Positions 22,022 through 32,499 of a DNA stretch of 64,000 nt are shown here, piece after piece. The notes beneath the pieces are model-generated. The model was not told the DNA's origin. It did not search any database and saw only the letters and a program-made list of their open reading frames with translations. The position numbers were made by a program, and so were the translations under genes. Every line of letters begins with the position of its first letter. Position 1 is the stretch's first letter. This DNA comes from a virus: IMG/VR virus record IMGVR_UViG_3300032308_001684, positions 1 to 64,000 of that record; one strand, written 5' to 3'.

Positions 22022-23223
22022 TGTGTAAGTTTCATAATTAAGGTATTTAAACGATCAGTTTTACTGCTTAAAAATAATTGTTGATTGTGTTCTAAATCAT
22101 CACGGCAGGATAGATACAGAGAGTGTAAATCTATAGACATCAATCGTTCTACTTCAGAGCACACTGCATGCCATCGTTGAGTGTTATTGTTAATAGTATC
22201 GTAGCTGTGATTGATCGCATGATCAAATGTACGATATCCCATTTTTTTCAATTGTTCAACGCTGCCAGCCGCGCCTACTATAACAAAAGGTTGGCAATTT
22301 TTAATAGGTTTGAATGTTTTTTCTGTGAGAAAAACTCCGCCGCTCTGATCAACATCCATGTGAGTTTCTAAAATGACATTGAGATAGCTGTTACTAAAAT
22401 GTTCTTGTACTGTGGTAGCATATAGATTGTGTTGATCACTGGACAGATTGTCACTGGCAAACGGACAGCTTTCCAGAAATTTATATGTAGTAGATCGCAA
22501 GTTTTCAAAGCTGTCAATTTCAATAGGATTGTCTTGCTCAAGATCGTTGACTGATATTTCGTGATTGTAACTAAAATAGCCTTGTTTGTGAAATCCTTGC
22601 CTCCAGAATCGTGCCATGGTTGTGGCTCTCCACCATTTGCCTGTGCGCACCAGCGCAGTGAATTTTTTTGTTCGGACATTTTCGTGATATGGCACAGGTT
22701 GATCTTGATTTCTTAATTGAAACAAACATTCATCGTCGACAAAATGAGAAAAGTTTTTTATATTGTCGGCAGCAGAATTTGCACTGGTAAAGCGTATTAG
22801 ATCTACATTTATTTCATGTTTGTGTGCTTGTTGATACAAATGATCTCGTATGCGCTCAGGGTTGTCGCCCTCACTGTAAAAAAACCAAAGTGTAATACTT
22901 TTTGATCTGAGTTTCTCTCTTATCATGATGGGTATTGTTTCAAACCAATCAATGCCAAAGTCAAAATAACTGATGCTGATGGGATATAATGTTTTGCGAT
23001 CGGCTTGTGTCCATTCCACGCACGAGTATTGGATTCCATGCTGATCAAGATATTCTAAAAAATGCAAGGGCTCTGAGTACGGCCAATTCACAGAAAATTC
23101 ACGCCACTCTTGCGTATAAGGAGTTGCTTGCCAACGTGCGGCATTGGGGTATGGCTTGCCGTCGACAAATTGGTCAATACAAAATTTTACCATTGCCTGA
23201 TCATACCAGTGAGCTCGTTCCAT
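22018..23223 (-). CDS. Glycosyltransferase-like protein (GT10-like paralogue)
   Basis: 'VILET...FLTEKTFKPI...QPFV...LKKMGYRTF'. Confidence 0.5.
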   Translation of the reverse strand: MERAHWYDQAMVKFCIDQFVDGKPYPNAARWQATPYTQEWREFSVNWPYSEPLHFLEYLDQHGIQYSCVEWTQADRKTLYPISISYFDFGIDWFETIPIMIREKLRSKSITLWFFYSEGDNPERIRDHLYQQAHKHEINVDLIRFTSANSAADNIKNFSHFVDDECLFQLRNQDQPVPYHENVRTKKFTALVRTGKWWRATTMARFWRQGFHKQGYFSYNHEISVNDLEQDNPIEIDSFENLRSTTYKFLESCPFASDNLSSDQHNLYATTVQEHFSNSYLNVILETHMDVDQSGGVFLTEKTFKPIKNCQPFVIVGAAGSVEQLKKMGYRTFDHAINHSYDTINNNTQRWHAVCSEVERLMSIDLHSLYLSCRDDLEHNQQLFLSSKTDRLNTLIMKLTQ

Positions 23224-24248
23224 AATAGTTGTTCAAATTCACGACTATAGAACCAATTGTAATTGTGCTCAACAGTATCGACCAAGTGCCGCTGTAGTTG
23301 AGCTTTTTCTCTAACACCGAGTGATTCAATATCAGCTAGTAGTTTACCTATACGAGATATTCTTAGATCATCGTCCTTGTCATCGTAGTCTTCATTCCAA
23401 AACTTCCCAAAGGTTTTAAATCCATAGCGCCGCAGATACTCCAGGCTGCCTTGACAAGACACCAGAACAAATGGTTGTTGCATCACAATAGGTTTAAAAG
23501 TTTTTTCTGTTAGGTGCTGTCTACGTCCGTGATACACAGTTTCAGTGACCACGTTCAACAGACTGCGATTGGCCAAGTCCCACATATCTATACAGTGACT
23601 ATTACCAGCATGGTTCGCTCCGTGATCAATGATCAATGGCAAGTCAACATGCCCTAGGTGAATGTTATACTCTTGACACAACTCAGCCACAGTTTTATTT
23701 TCGTAAGGACAGCGTTCAGGAAAACTGATAAAATTTGAATACACAAGTTCTCGATCAACCAGCTCATTTAACAATGCCACTCTGTGATGTCTTTGGCCGC
23801 CAATGATGTTGTTGGGGCAAAGAAAGGTGCGTTCAATCTTTCTATCCTGAAATGGTTGTGATAAAAATGTACGATTGTATCCTCGATACCAGTCCAATGC
23901 CGCCCAGGCATGAAAGAAATAATAACCAGAAGTCATGTTATAAGTATCACATGCCCATTTTACATATTCACTGTTGTACTCTGAAGTTATTAACCAAAAT
24001 GGACCAGAGTTCCAGTCATTGCGATACACCGGAACAAACTGATCAAAAAGAAGTTTTACTCGATCTAGATGTAAAGGTTCCTGGTCCCAAAAAAAGATTC
24101 GACCCTGACTTTCATTTAACAACGGATAATTTTTTATGTCTTTAAAACTGGTAGAGCCAAATGGATCAAACCAATGTAAGCCTATGTCGGCTCGGTGTTG
24201 CAGAGCAGACGCAAATGTGTTATAATATATTTCATCGATACGAATCAT
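23187..24248 (-). CDS. Glycosyltransferase-like protein (GT10-like paralogue)
   Basis: 'VVTET...HLTEKTFKPI...QPFV...LRRYGFKTF'. Confidence 0.5.
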   Translation of the reverse strand: MIRIDEIYYNTFASALQHRADIGLHWFDPFGSTSFKDIKNYPLLNESQGRIFFWDQEPLHLDRVKLLFDQFVPVYRNDWNSGPFWLITSEYNSEYVKWACDTYNMTSGYYFFHAWAALDWYRGYNRTFLSQPFQDRKIERTFLCPNNIIGGQRHHRVALLNELVDRELVYSNFISFPERCPYENKTVAELCQEYNIHLGHVDLPLIIDHGANHAGNSHCIDMWDLANRSLLNVVTETVYHGRRQHLTEKTFKPIVMQQPFVLVSCQGSLEYLRRYGFKTFGKFWNEDYDDKDDDLRISRIGKLLADIESLGVREKAQLQRHLVDTVEHNYNWFYSREFEQLLWNELTGMIRQW

Positions 24249-25848
24249 GTTTGATATTTTTTACCTAAACTACCCTACACACTTATTTCCACATGAACGC
24301 AAAGTGGATAGTATTCAGCAGGCCTGCGAGCTCAGTCGCACTCGATACTTATGGGTAGTCGATGGACGCAATGACTATTCTCGGTTTGACTGGACCTGGG
24401 AACCTGTGCCCTGGGAAGCTGACCAAACTCATGTATGGCCCAGCCAACATCAAGCCAATGGTGGAACATATTTGATTCCCAAAACTGGTGTCAATGATAT
24501 CAATAGAGATCACCCTGTTGTACGTAGAATTGGATCTGCCATTAGAGTTGGTGTTGATCACGGCAACGGGCTTGACATTGCTTGCCGAGAAAAAACTCGC
24601 TATATATCAGACTATCTTGGTACGCTGAGACGCATACTGTCAAAAACATCTCATGAGTATGTGTGGATTGTGAGCAGTGTATGTGATTACACAAGATTTG
24701 ATTTTACTTGGCATCCCTCGGAATGGCAGACAGACATGTTGCATGTTTTTGCCAGCAATGAACAAAAATTTGGTGACACATTCTATGTTCATGTGCCTAC
24801 ATTTATGTCTAAAACTTCTGAACTGGCTTTATTGGAATGGTTTGATACCATACACTTTGTCGAAGATATTTCTGTGCCACGTCGTGCTGTGCCTGTGGTT
24901 CGGCACCAGCATGACAGTCAAGTTCCGTCTGTGTGGGCACATGACTTTCAGGATCCAGTGGTACAATTTGTGCGGCATGATGCCGTTGACAATCCGCCTG
25001 CTATCAACCTATGGCGTGAAAAGATGAAGACCATAGTGCCACTCACACCAGGCGGCAGCTCTGTGCTGGTTCCTAGAGAAGCCAAAAACTATTTAAAGAA
25101 GCAACTGTACGATTATCCCAACATAGACAAAACACAAAAAACATTGGGGCAGGATCAACCCTTGGACATTGTGTTTATTAGCAATGGCGAGTCCAACGCA
25201 GAAACAAACTGGAACATACTGCAGGATTCAGTCGATGGCTTGCCTAATAGACTGGTGCGAAGCAACGGAGTAAATGGTCGTGCGGCAGCCTATCATGCGG
25301 CAGCACAAGCCAGTGAAACTGATTGGTTCTTTGCTGTGTTTGCCAAGCTAAGAGTGAGATCTGAGTTTGACTGGTCATGGCAACCAGACCGCATGCAGGC
25401 CTCCAAACACTATATCTTTCATGCCTACAACCCTGTAAACGGATTGACATACGGTCATCAAGCCATGATTGCCTACAACAAGAGATTGGTGTTGGCCAAC
25501 CCTGGACGTGGACTAGACTTTACCTTGGATGACGAACATGAAGTAGTTCCTGTGATATCAGGCACAGCTGAGTATGCAGATACCAAGTGGAGTGCATGGC
25601 GTACAGCATTCCGTGAATGTTTGAAACTCAAAGGCCAGGCAGATGTAGAAAGCAAATATCGGTTAAGCAAATGGCTGGATGTCAACAGCGATGAAGCAGA
25701 TCCTCAGTGGAGCCGATGGGGTGCAGAGGATGCTGTAGCTTATTATGAAGAAGTGGACGGTGACTTTGATGCTCTCAAGAAGAGCTATGAATGGTCCTGG
25801 TTGGCCAGCTATGCTTTACTCAAGCGCAATCTAACACCTGATCAATAA
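24247..25848 (+). CDS. Multi-domain glycosyltransferase-like protein
   Basis: Repeated 'FD(W/F)TW.P..W' units and C-terminal 'AWRTAFRECLK' shared with 6055..6984. Confidence 0.55.
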   Translation: MFDIFYLNYPTHLFPHERKVDSIQQACELSRTRYLWVVDGRNDYSRFDWTWEPVPWEADQTHVWPSQHQANGGTYLIPKTGVNDINRDHPVVRRIGSAIRVGVDHGNGLDIACREKTRYISDYLGTLRRILSKTSHEYVWIVSSVCDYTRFDFTWHPSEWQTDMLHVFASNEQKFGDTFYVHVPTFMSKTSELALLEWFDTIHFVEDISVPRRAVPVVRHQHDSQVPSVWAHDFQDPVVQFVRHDAVDNPPAINLWREKMKTIVPLTPGGSSVLVPREAKNYLKKQLYDYPNIDKTQKTLGQDQPLDIVFISNGESNAETNWNILQDSVDGLPNRLVRSNGVNGRAAAYHAAAQASETDWFFAVFAKLRVRSEFDWSWQPDRMQASKHYIFHAYNPVNGLTYGHQAMIAYNKRLVLANPGRGLDFTLDDEHEVVPVISGTAEYADTKWSAWRTAFRECLKLKGQADVESKYRLSKWLDVNSDEADPQWSRWGAEDAVAYYEEVDGDFDALKKSYEWSWLASYALLKRNLTPDQ

Positions 25849-26917
25849 CGTATTCAACTTCGAGATCTGACAGTTCAGGATACAACGGTAAGGTCAACAC
25901 ACGTCGACTCAAGGCCGATGAACAGCTCAAGATATCTGGACCCGGATACTGTCTAAATGTACCAAGTTCGTGTAGCGGTTGTACATAGTGTATCTTGGTT
26001 TCTATCTTGCGTATGGCAAGATTTTTTTGTAAGATATCTCTGTTGTTGATATCTATAACAAACTTATGATAAGCATGATCGTGGCAGTTTTCCTGATCTA
26101 TTAGACAACGAATGTCTGACTTTCTAAGTCGTTCCCGCCAGTAACCAGCAATCTTTGCTCTGCGCACTTGCCATGTATCAATGTGTTGCGCCTTGACCAT
26201 CATATGAGCACAATCTAGTTCACTCATACGACTATTGGTTCCTGTTTCGTTGTGTGCGGACTTGCCGTTGTCTCTCCAGGCGCGAACAAAATCAAATATG
26301 TCACTGTCATTTGTGACCACTGCACCACCGTTGCCGTAGGCTGGCAGGTTCTTCATAGGATCAAAACTGATGGCAGCGGCCTTGCCTATCCTAGTGCAGT
26401 CAGCGGCCAACCAGTGCTGTGCGGCATCTTCAATGATCATTTTATCATTGAGCATCCATTTTCGCCAGGTGTTTACATCGCCCATGTGTGCAATACTGGC
26501 TCCGTACAAGCCGACCAATACTATGGCTTGATAGCTGACATCCTGTGGAATTTTTTTAACATCAAACACGCCATGATGATCAACATCAATAAAATGTACA
26601 TTCCATCCTGCACGAATAAACGCATTGGCAGTGGCCGCATAGGTAAGACTGGGTATTAGCACAGTGGGTGGATTAGGGACAACATTGTCCGCTACGTAAT
26701 ACTCAGCAATGGCTTCCAGGGCCGAAGTTCCGGAGTGTACACACACAGCGTACTTTACACCATTCTTTTTGGCCAACCAAGCTTCAAACTCGGCTGTGTT
26801 GTTGCCATTCATCAAGATACCACTGCGCAGAACTTCGTCTGTGGCATCCAGTATCTCTTGACGGAGATTGTTATACTGTTTTTTTAGACCAGTAAAGGGA
26901 ATTGTTAAACCACTCAT
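25820..26917 (-). CDS. DegT/DnrJ/EryC1/StrS PLP sugar aminotransferase
   Basis: SGTSAL, IIEDAAQ, SFDPMKNL, GNGGAV. Confidence 0.92.
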   Translation of the reverse strand: MSGLTIPFTGLKKQYNNLRQEILDATDEVLRSGILMNGNNTAEFEAWLAKKNGVKYAVCVHSGTSALEAIAEYYVADNVVPNPPTVLIPSLTYAATANAFIRAGWNVHFIDVDHHGVFDVKKIPQDVSYQAIVLVGLYGASIAHMGDVNTWRKWMLNDKMIIEDAAQHWLAADCTRIGKAAAISFDPMKNLPAYGNGGAVVTNDSDIFDFVRAWRDNGKSAHNETGTNSRMSELDCAHMMVKAQHIDTWQVRRAKIAGYWRERLRKSDIRCLIDQENCHDHAYHKFVIDINNRDILQKNLAIRKIETKIHYVQPLHELGTFRQYPGPDILSCSSALSRRVLTLPLYPELSDLEVEYVIDQVLDCA

Positions 26918-27842
26918 AGTACCTTTGGAAACCTTCTTCTACATCTACTCGGGGATCGTAGTCAAAATCTCTACGGGCGGCATCAATGTTCAACGCACCT
27001 CTGCTGGGGAAGTCTTGATCTCTATCGCGCACTTCAATGGTACCTTGTCCGACAATTTTCACAGCCAGCTTGGCAGCGTCAAGCAGTGTACGACTATGAC
27101 TCTTGGTAATGTTATAGGTTTTGTTTGCTGTATTGTTGCTTAATGCGGCGGCAACAATGCCATCAGCGGCATCTTCCACATAGGTAAAGTCCAGAGTTTC
27201 GTTAGCACCATTGACTTTAATTACACCGTTGCGCATGGCAGTCAATAAGAACTTTGATACCACACGATCTTCAACATCGTATTCACCGTAAACCGCACTG
27301 GGCCGAATAATAGTATGAGCCATGCCCGTACTACGAGTGTAGTCACGCACCAACCACTCACCGGCCAACTTCATGATACCGTACTGGCCTTGTGGTCTGC
27401 ACACTGCATCTTCTGTTACGTCGTCGGTGAAGTCACCGTAGACCATTGAGCTTGAAATATAAAGAAATTTACAAACTTGATGACGCTTGCTGGCTTCTAG
27501 TAAATTCAATAATCCTTCGCTCATGGTCCGAGATCCTGTCATTGGGTCAACGTTCACAACCTTTTGTCGGGGAAAGCTGGCAAGGTGTATCACAGTATCA
27601 GGCTGGTACTGTCGCATCATCCAGTCAATGCCTTCACGATCTGCTATGTCAATACCATGCACTCTTGCATCAGGAATCTTTTTCCTGCGTTCTGCCATGA
27701 GATAATCTAGCTCATCCTGCGGCACTAGTCCATAATTGGTTTTGATATCTGTCACTGACACTTCATGTCCTTGTGCCATTAGACGTTGCACTACATTGTG
27801 CCCAATAAGGCCCAATCCGCCTGTGACTAAAATTTTTTTCAT
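26871..27842 (-). CDS. NAD-dependent NDP-sugar epimerase/dehydratase
   Basis: GGLGLIG, SSSMVYG, YGIMK (YxxxK). Confidence 0.9.
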   Translation of the reverse strand: MKKILVTGGLGLIGHNVVQRLMAQGHEVSVTDIKTNYGLVPQDELDYLMAERRKKIPDARVHGIDIADREGIDWMMRQYQPDTVIHLASFPRQKVVNVDPMTGSRTMSEGLLNLLEASKRHQVCKFLYISSSMVYGDFTDDVTEDAVCRPQGQYGIMKLAGEWLVRDYTRSTGMAHTIIRPSAVYGEYDVEDRVVSKFLLTAMRNGVIKVNGANETLDFTYVEDAADGIVAAALSNNTANKTYNITKSHSRTLLDAAKLAVKIVGQGTIEVRDRDQDFPSRGALNIDAARRDFDYDPRVDVEEGFQRYYEWFNNSLYWSKKTV

Positions 27843-28489
27843 ACTAAATTTCTTTCTTTGATAACTTTAATTATTTCATTGGCCCACGCCTTGTGAGTAT
27901 TTGGGCCCGGATGAATGCCGTCACTGCCAAAATCTAAATACCTTCTGTTGGTAATTGGCCATTGGCCATTCCAAGTCAAGCTGTTGTTGCTTGGAATGAG
28001 TACGTGTTCACTCGTTGAAAACTCTTTAAGAAACATTTCACCATGCTCAAGCAACGACAGTTCAGGGTGAAAACATAAGATTAGTTTTGTGCTATTTCTG
28101 TCCAATAGAACTTGTATTTGTTTAATTAAGTTAATATTTGTAATAGTATAGTGGTTGCTGGTAAACAGTAGTTTTAAAGCATTGTTGTATTCTTGAAACA
28201 TATTCTTTGAAAGATTCATTGAGTTGACAAACTGTTCATCAGGATTAAAAAAACTAAATCTTTCTAGACCAGTTACACCCCATATCACAATGTCATTGGG
28301 TTTTATATCGCTGTGTATTATTTGATTATGCGCCCACGCAATGGTACTACCAGGCTCAGTTAAAAATGTACTGTTATAGTTTATATGGTCTGCTACAATT
28401 TGTCCGTACCGCTGATTTAGATCAGTTAATCCAAATCCGTGAGCAAAACTACATCCAGCAATCCATAATGTTGGTGTTAGTTTTGCCAT
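27839..28489 (-). CDS. SGNH hydrolase-like protein
   Basis: GCSF...G at N-terminus, DGIHP at C-terminus. Confidence 0.65.
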   Translation of the reverse strand: MAKLTPTLWIAGCSFAHGFGLTDLNQRYGQIVADHINYNSTFLTEPGSTIAWAHNQIIHSDIKPNDIVIWGVTGLERFSFFNPDEQFVNSMNLSKNMFQEYNNALKLLFTSNHYTITNINLIKQIQVLLDRNSTKLILCFHPELSLLEHGEMFLKEFSTSEHVLIPSNNSLTWNGQWPITNRRYLDFGSDGIHPGPNTHKAWANEIIKVIKERNLV

Positions 28490-28719
28490 TTTAAATAATA
28501 CTCCGTTGCTTTAATTTCTTCAAGATCGCCTGTGATTGTGATACGATGCCCAAATGTATTAGCATCAGCGCCAGTATGATATTTAAGGTTGCTGGCATTA
28601 GCCATGGCCCATTTTCCCTGTTCCGTTTGTTGCCATTCATATAGAGGTTGAGCAACGTAGATATCAATGTCATCTACGTCGCCCATAGTAAAAGAATGAA
28701 ATATGACTTGCACAGTCAT
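28477..28719 (-). CDS. Hypothetical phage protein
   Basis: Coupled ORF. Confidence 0.6.
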   Translation of the reverse strand: MTVQVIFHSFTMGDVDDIDIYVAQPLYEWQQTEQGKWAMANASNLKYHTGADANTFGHRITITGDLEEIKATEYYLKWQN

Positions 28720-28734
28720 AGTATAGCAGATGTA

Positions 28735-29406
28735 CTAGTCGTTTGCAACTAGATCGGTGGCCATGGGAAATATTTTGGCAATAACTTCGGCGCAGGCGCG
28801 AGCCACTTTCATGTGTTCTTGTTGGGTGCCATTGCCACTACGAAGTTCAATAAAATGGATCCATGATCGCAGTGTTCCGTTCATGTACAAGCGACTTTCT
28901 GTAAGCCCTTCGGGTAGCACAGCACGAGCTTGTTCTTTGGCAATGCCACGTTCAATAGCTTCTTGATATACTAAACGACTATGTTCAATGATGAACTTTT
29001 GTTTGGCATCCCACCATGACTGTAACTCTGAATCATCCGTGGCAATACTGTTCTGTCTGTTTTTTGTATCCTGGAGTCGTGCTTCTCTACATACAAACGA
29101 CAGGTCTCGAGTAGGATCAGCATATCGCTGACTGAACTCTTGAAAGCTGAAACTTCTGTGTCGCAAGATTTGACGAGCAATGTCTCTTGTGGTGGTGATT
29201 TCGCAACAGGCTGACACCATTTCCAGTGGGCTCCAGTGTTGGTGTCGGACCAAGTATCTGATGAGTTTTTCTGATGATTCGGTGTTGAGTTGGTTGCTGG
29301 GGTTGCTGACACGGGCGCAATACGCAATGAGTTCCTGCGCATCCGCGATACCGTGAGATCTAAATTGTTCAGTGGGTTGGGAGTAACTGACGAGACGAAC
29401 ATTCAT
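28735..29406 (-). CDS. thyX: FAD-dependent thymidylate synthase
   Basis: RHRSFSFQEFSQRY signature, HWSPLE, EQARAVLP. Confidence 0.96.
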   Translation of the reverse strand: MNVRLVSYSQPTEQFRSHGIADAQELIAYCARVSNPSNQLNTESSEKLIRYLVRHQHWSPLEMVSACCEITTTRDIARQILRHRSFSFQEFSQRYADPTRDLSFVCREARLQDTKNRQNSIATDDSELQSWWDAKQKFIIEHSRLVYQEAIERGIAKEQARAVLPEGLTESRLYMNGTLRSWIHFIELRSGNGTQQEHMKVARACAEVIAKIFPMATDLVAND

Positions 29407-29705
29407 AACTGCCTTAAAAATTTATCGGTCATGGGCTGTACATGTTCAGCCACAGTTTTAACATCTATAACAAAGTCAACATTGAGAGTAATTGGCCCAA
29501 GTTCTGTCATGGTCCTGGACAACACACTTTCAATCTCTTCAATGTCAAGACCGTTGCGTCGCAAAGTCTCAAGGTTAATGGTCTTTTGACGATTGCCCTT
29601 GAGTTTCAGTGTGACCTTTTTTACACAATCAATGGGAATATGTTCTTTGTCCACAGACGATACAACATTTTCCCATTTTTCAATTTCATCAAGCCTGAGT
29701 TGCAT
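29403..29705 (-). CDS. Hypothetical phage protein (start MQLRLDE)
   Basis: Coupled ORF. Confidence 0.6.
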   Translation of the reverse strand: MQLRLDEIEKWENVVSSVDKEHIPIDCVKKVTLKLKGNRQKTINLETLRRNGLDIEEIESVLSRTMTELGPITLNVDFVIDVKTVAEHVQPMTDKFLRQL

Positions 29706-30369
29706 CGGCTGCCTTTGATTTAGCAGGACGACCACGTTTGGGCTCAGTGGCAACTGGTGTACCAACAAGCGCAGACGCTTCTTTCATAATTCTGGCACTC
29801 TCGGCCAATAGACCCTTGGCTTCGTTTTCCATCTTGACAGCTTGTTGACGTAAGTTTTCAGCCAATGCAACATCATCTAACACTTGATTGCTACCTGCCA
29901 AATTGGTACGTGCAGTAGGAGGAGCTTGTAGTTCACGACCATAATCATCGCGGCGTGATGCTTTGCCTGTGTAACCTGAGTTGGCATCAAGTTCTGCCAA
30001 CTTGTTAATAGCCTGCTGACCAGTTTTCATTTCTCTCAGTATGTTGTTGAGTTCACTGAGTCTGACGGTAGCAGTGGGTGTGGGTGTGACCAAGATCTGT
30101 TCAGTTTGAACTTTTTTGATCATTCCTTCGGCATGCAATGCTGTGAGCATGGGACGACCATCTGGAAACAACTTGCTATGGATAGCATCGGCCAACTGTT
30201 CAGCCTGTTGTGCTTCTGGCGTTTCAATGGCCTTGATAATGGCATCGTGCATGTGAGTGGGCATGATGTCTGGATATACTACCAGACACATATGGTCTTC
30301 ACCGGGTACTTCTCTAAATAATACAGCAACCTTGCGGTCGCCTTGTTTGCCTACGTGTTTGATAAACAT
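29689..30369 (-). CDS. Hypothetical phage protein (start MFIKHVGKQ)
   Basis: AGGAG RBS before the ATG at 30369. Confidence 0.7.
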   Translation of the reverse strand: MFIKHVGKQGDRKVAVLFREVPGEDHMCLVVYPDIMPTHMHDAIIKAIETPEAQQAEQLADAIHSKLFPDGRPMLTALHAEGMIKKVQTEQILVTPTPTATVRLSELNNILREMKTGQQAINKLAELDANSGYTGKASRRDDYGRELQAPPTARTNLAGSNQVLDDVALAENLRQQAVKMENEAKGLLAESARIMKEASALVGTPVATEPKRGRPAKSKAADATQA

Positions 30370-30380
30370 TGTGATTCTCC

Positions 30381-30581
30381 TTAGGATTGTTCGGGGGGCT
30401 GTGATGCAGTGGTATCTTGTGACGGAGTCATGTGTGCCAACCATGCACCGAGACGATCGTAACACTGTCCAATTTGACTCATTTCATCAGCGCGGAATGC
30501 GCCTCGTTCACAGGCCACTTGTACTATGCTTTGTAGCATGATAAGATCAGATACTGCTAAATTTACGGGTTGAGTTTCCAT
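30381..30581 (-). CDS. Small phage protein ('ACERGAFRADEM')
   Basis: TAAATA upstream; plausible protein. Confidence 0.65.
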   Translation of the reverse strand: METQPVNLAVSDLIMLQSIVQVACERGAFRADEMSQIGQCYDRLGAWLAHMTPSQDTTASQPPEQS

Positions 30582-30717
30582 ACATCTATTTAATGTGAAA
30601 AAAGAAATAGGCGTAGTTTATGCCACAAAAAAACCGCCTTTGCGGCAGTTGTAGAAAGGGTTTTATGTCAGTTTAACCTTTTTAATTTTATTTTGCTGTT
30701 TTTAGACACTTTGACTA

Positions 30718-31044
30718 CTATGACTGCTTCATTGATTCCAAAGTGATCATTTTACCAAGTTCTTTTTCAAACTCTTGTTCGTCGGTGATGATATAATGAC
30801 GCTCATTGTTACGATCGGTCTTACGATCGTAGTGGCGAAAGCTCACTATAAATCCCCCGATGACTTTCTTAACATTGATACGTAGACCGTCTTCCCAGCC
30901 TAGCGAATCTTCTACTGCAATCGTATTCATACCCATACCTCTTGAAACTTTGATTGAGTCTTCTTCAAGATAGTGACTGTAATGGTGTTTGTTATCCCAC
31001 ATGTCTCGAAGTTTGCGATACAAAAATTTGTCAAACCACTTCAT
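30718..31044 (-). CDS. Hypothetical phage protein
   Basis: GGAGG RBS; coupled ORF. Confidence 0.65.
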   Translation of the reverse strand: MKWFDKFLYRKLRDMWDNKHHYSHYLEEDSIKVSRGMGMNTIAVEDSLGWEDGLRINVKKVIGGFIVSFRHYDRKTDRNNERHYIITDEQEFEKELGKMITLESMKQS

Positions 31045-31169
31045 TACCGCCTCCAGCGTGTTTCACGAATCTCACGAACAATTTTGGGAATGATATCAGC
31101 AACAGCTGGTCCTAAAAACCAGCCCGCCCAACATCCTACTGCAAAGTAAACGAAGTTGACAAAGGTCAT
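31044..31169 (-). CDS. 41-aa membrane peptide MTFVNFVYFAVGCWAGWFLGPAVADII...
   Basis: Translated by hand; fills the gap with start/stop overlaps. Confidence 0.55.
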   Translation of the reverse strand: MTFVNFVYFAVGCWAGWFLGPAVADIIPKIVREIRETRWRR

Positions 31170-32446
31170 TTGTCTTCCTCATACAGAGCAAAGGTACCAA
31201 ATGGTGGATTGGGATTCTTGTCACCGTGTATGATCCATACTGTGTCGCAGTAGTTGGGATCTCCCCAGCTACCACAAGGATAACCGTCTGTGAATACTAC
31301 CAAGCGTTTGGGTTCGATCTGCTCGTCTTTTAAGTGTTTAAAGATTGAATCAAAGTCAGTACCGCCACCGCCTGCCAACTCATAGTCTTCAATGCTATCA
31401 AGATTTTCTGAATTGTATTGCTGTGGATTGTACACTTCAGTATCAAAGCAAGCAACATGAATCTTGTAGGATTCAAATGCCTCCATGATACCCTTGACTT
31501 CGCTGAGAAAGTCTTTGCCTTGTGCTTCACCAATGGAACCAGACATGTCAATATAGATAGCAATGTCAATGGCATCAGTACGATTCATACCAGGCAACAC
31601 AGCATCCATGTCCCAACCTCGGCGACTTGGACGCATCCATGTAAAGTCACTCTTGATCGTTGATTCCAACTGCATGCGAAGCAGTTCGCGCCAGTTCATT
31701 TTAGGATCTGTGAGATCCTGAATCATGCGTTTAACACCCAGCGGAATCGATCCAGCATCAGATGCCTGGGCGGCTGCCAACATGGCTTCCTTGATTTCGT
31801 CTTTGATCTTTTGACGTTCTTCTGCTGAAAGTTTGGGACGACCTTTGCCTTGATCACTTTCCTCATCGCCGTTGCCATCACTGTCGCCTTCACCATCTAA
31901 ATGGTCATCCAGCAATTTGTCAATCAAACTACCAATGTCAATTTTTTCAGCATTCTCATACAAGATGTCATAGATTTCTTCTGAGCTCTTGTTTTCGTAT
32001 TTTTGATCATACAGGCAAGGCACTGATGTAATGAACTCGCCCACACGATGTTTCTTCAAGTCTGCATTGACACAATAGTCATTGGCAATGTTGAACAGCA
32101 TTGGGTCGCGATCGCCACGACGTCCAAAGTGATCATACACACAATGCAGGACCTCATGCCCAAACAAGAATTCAATCTCTTTGGGTTTGAGCATTTCAAT
32201 AAAACGGGTATTGTAATAAAAGTGGCGACCATCTGTGGCGGCAGTGCTACACCACTCATCTGCGTTTACCAACTTCAAACGGGTGGCCAAGTTACCAAAG
32301 AAACTGGCACGGAGCAACAAGCCCACACGAGCAGTGACCAATTTTTCACGCACAATCTTGTCCAGTTTGGGATCCATAGGACCCAGTAGATTGGCAAATT
32401 TTTTAGCGTCGTCTTTGTTTGTGGAAGTTGCGGTTTTTGTAGACAT
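31166..32446 (-). CDS. Metallopeptidase-like plus VWA domain protein (DUF2201-type)
   Basis: TAATDG, HEVLH (HExxH), DMSGS MIDAS, GGGGTDF, VFTDG. Confidence 0.85.
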   Translation of the reverse strand: MSTKTATSTNKDDAKKFANLLGPMDPKLDKIVREKLVTARVGLLLRASFFGNLATRLKLVNADEWCSTAATDGRHFYYNTRFIEMLKPKEIEFLFGHEVLHCVYDHFGRRGDRDPMLFNIANDYCVNADLKKHRVGEFITSVPCLYDQKYENKSSEEIYDILYENAEKIDIGSLIDKLLDDHLDGEGDSDGNGDEESDQGKGRPKLSAEERQKIKDEIKEAMLAAAQASDAGSIPLGVKRMIQDLTDPKMNWRELLRMQLESTIKSDFTWMRPSRRGWDMDAVLPGMNRTDAIDIAIYIDMSGSIGEAQGKDFLSEVKGIMEAFESYKIHVACFDTEVYNPQQYNSENLDSIEDYELAGGGGTDFDSIFKHLKDEQIEPKRLVVFTDGYPCGSWGDPNYCDTVWIIHGDKNPNPPFGTFALYEEDK

Positions 32447-32470
32447 GAATGCTCCTTAACTGTATGTAAT

Positions 32471-32499
32471 ATTATAGCAAAAATGCCATTATCGGTCAA
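32471..32499 (-). promoter_or_regulatory. Sigma70-type early promoter TTGACC-N17-TATAAT
   Basis: Read directly on the minus strand; TG extended -10. Confidence 0.8.
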
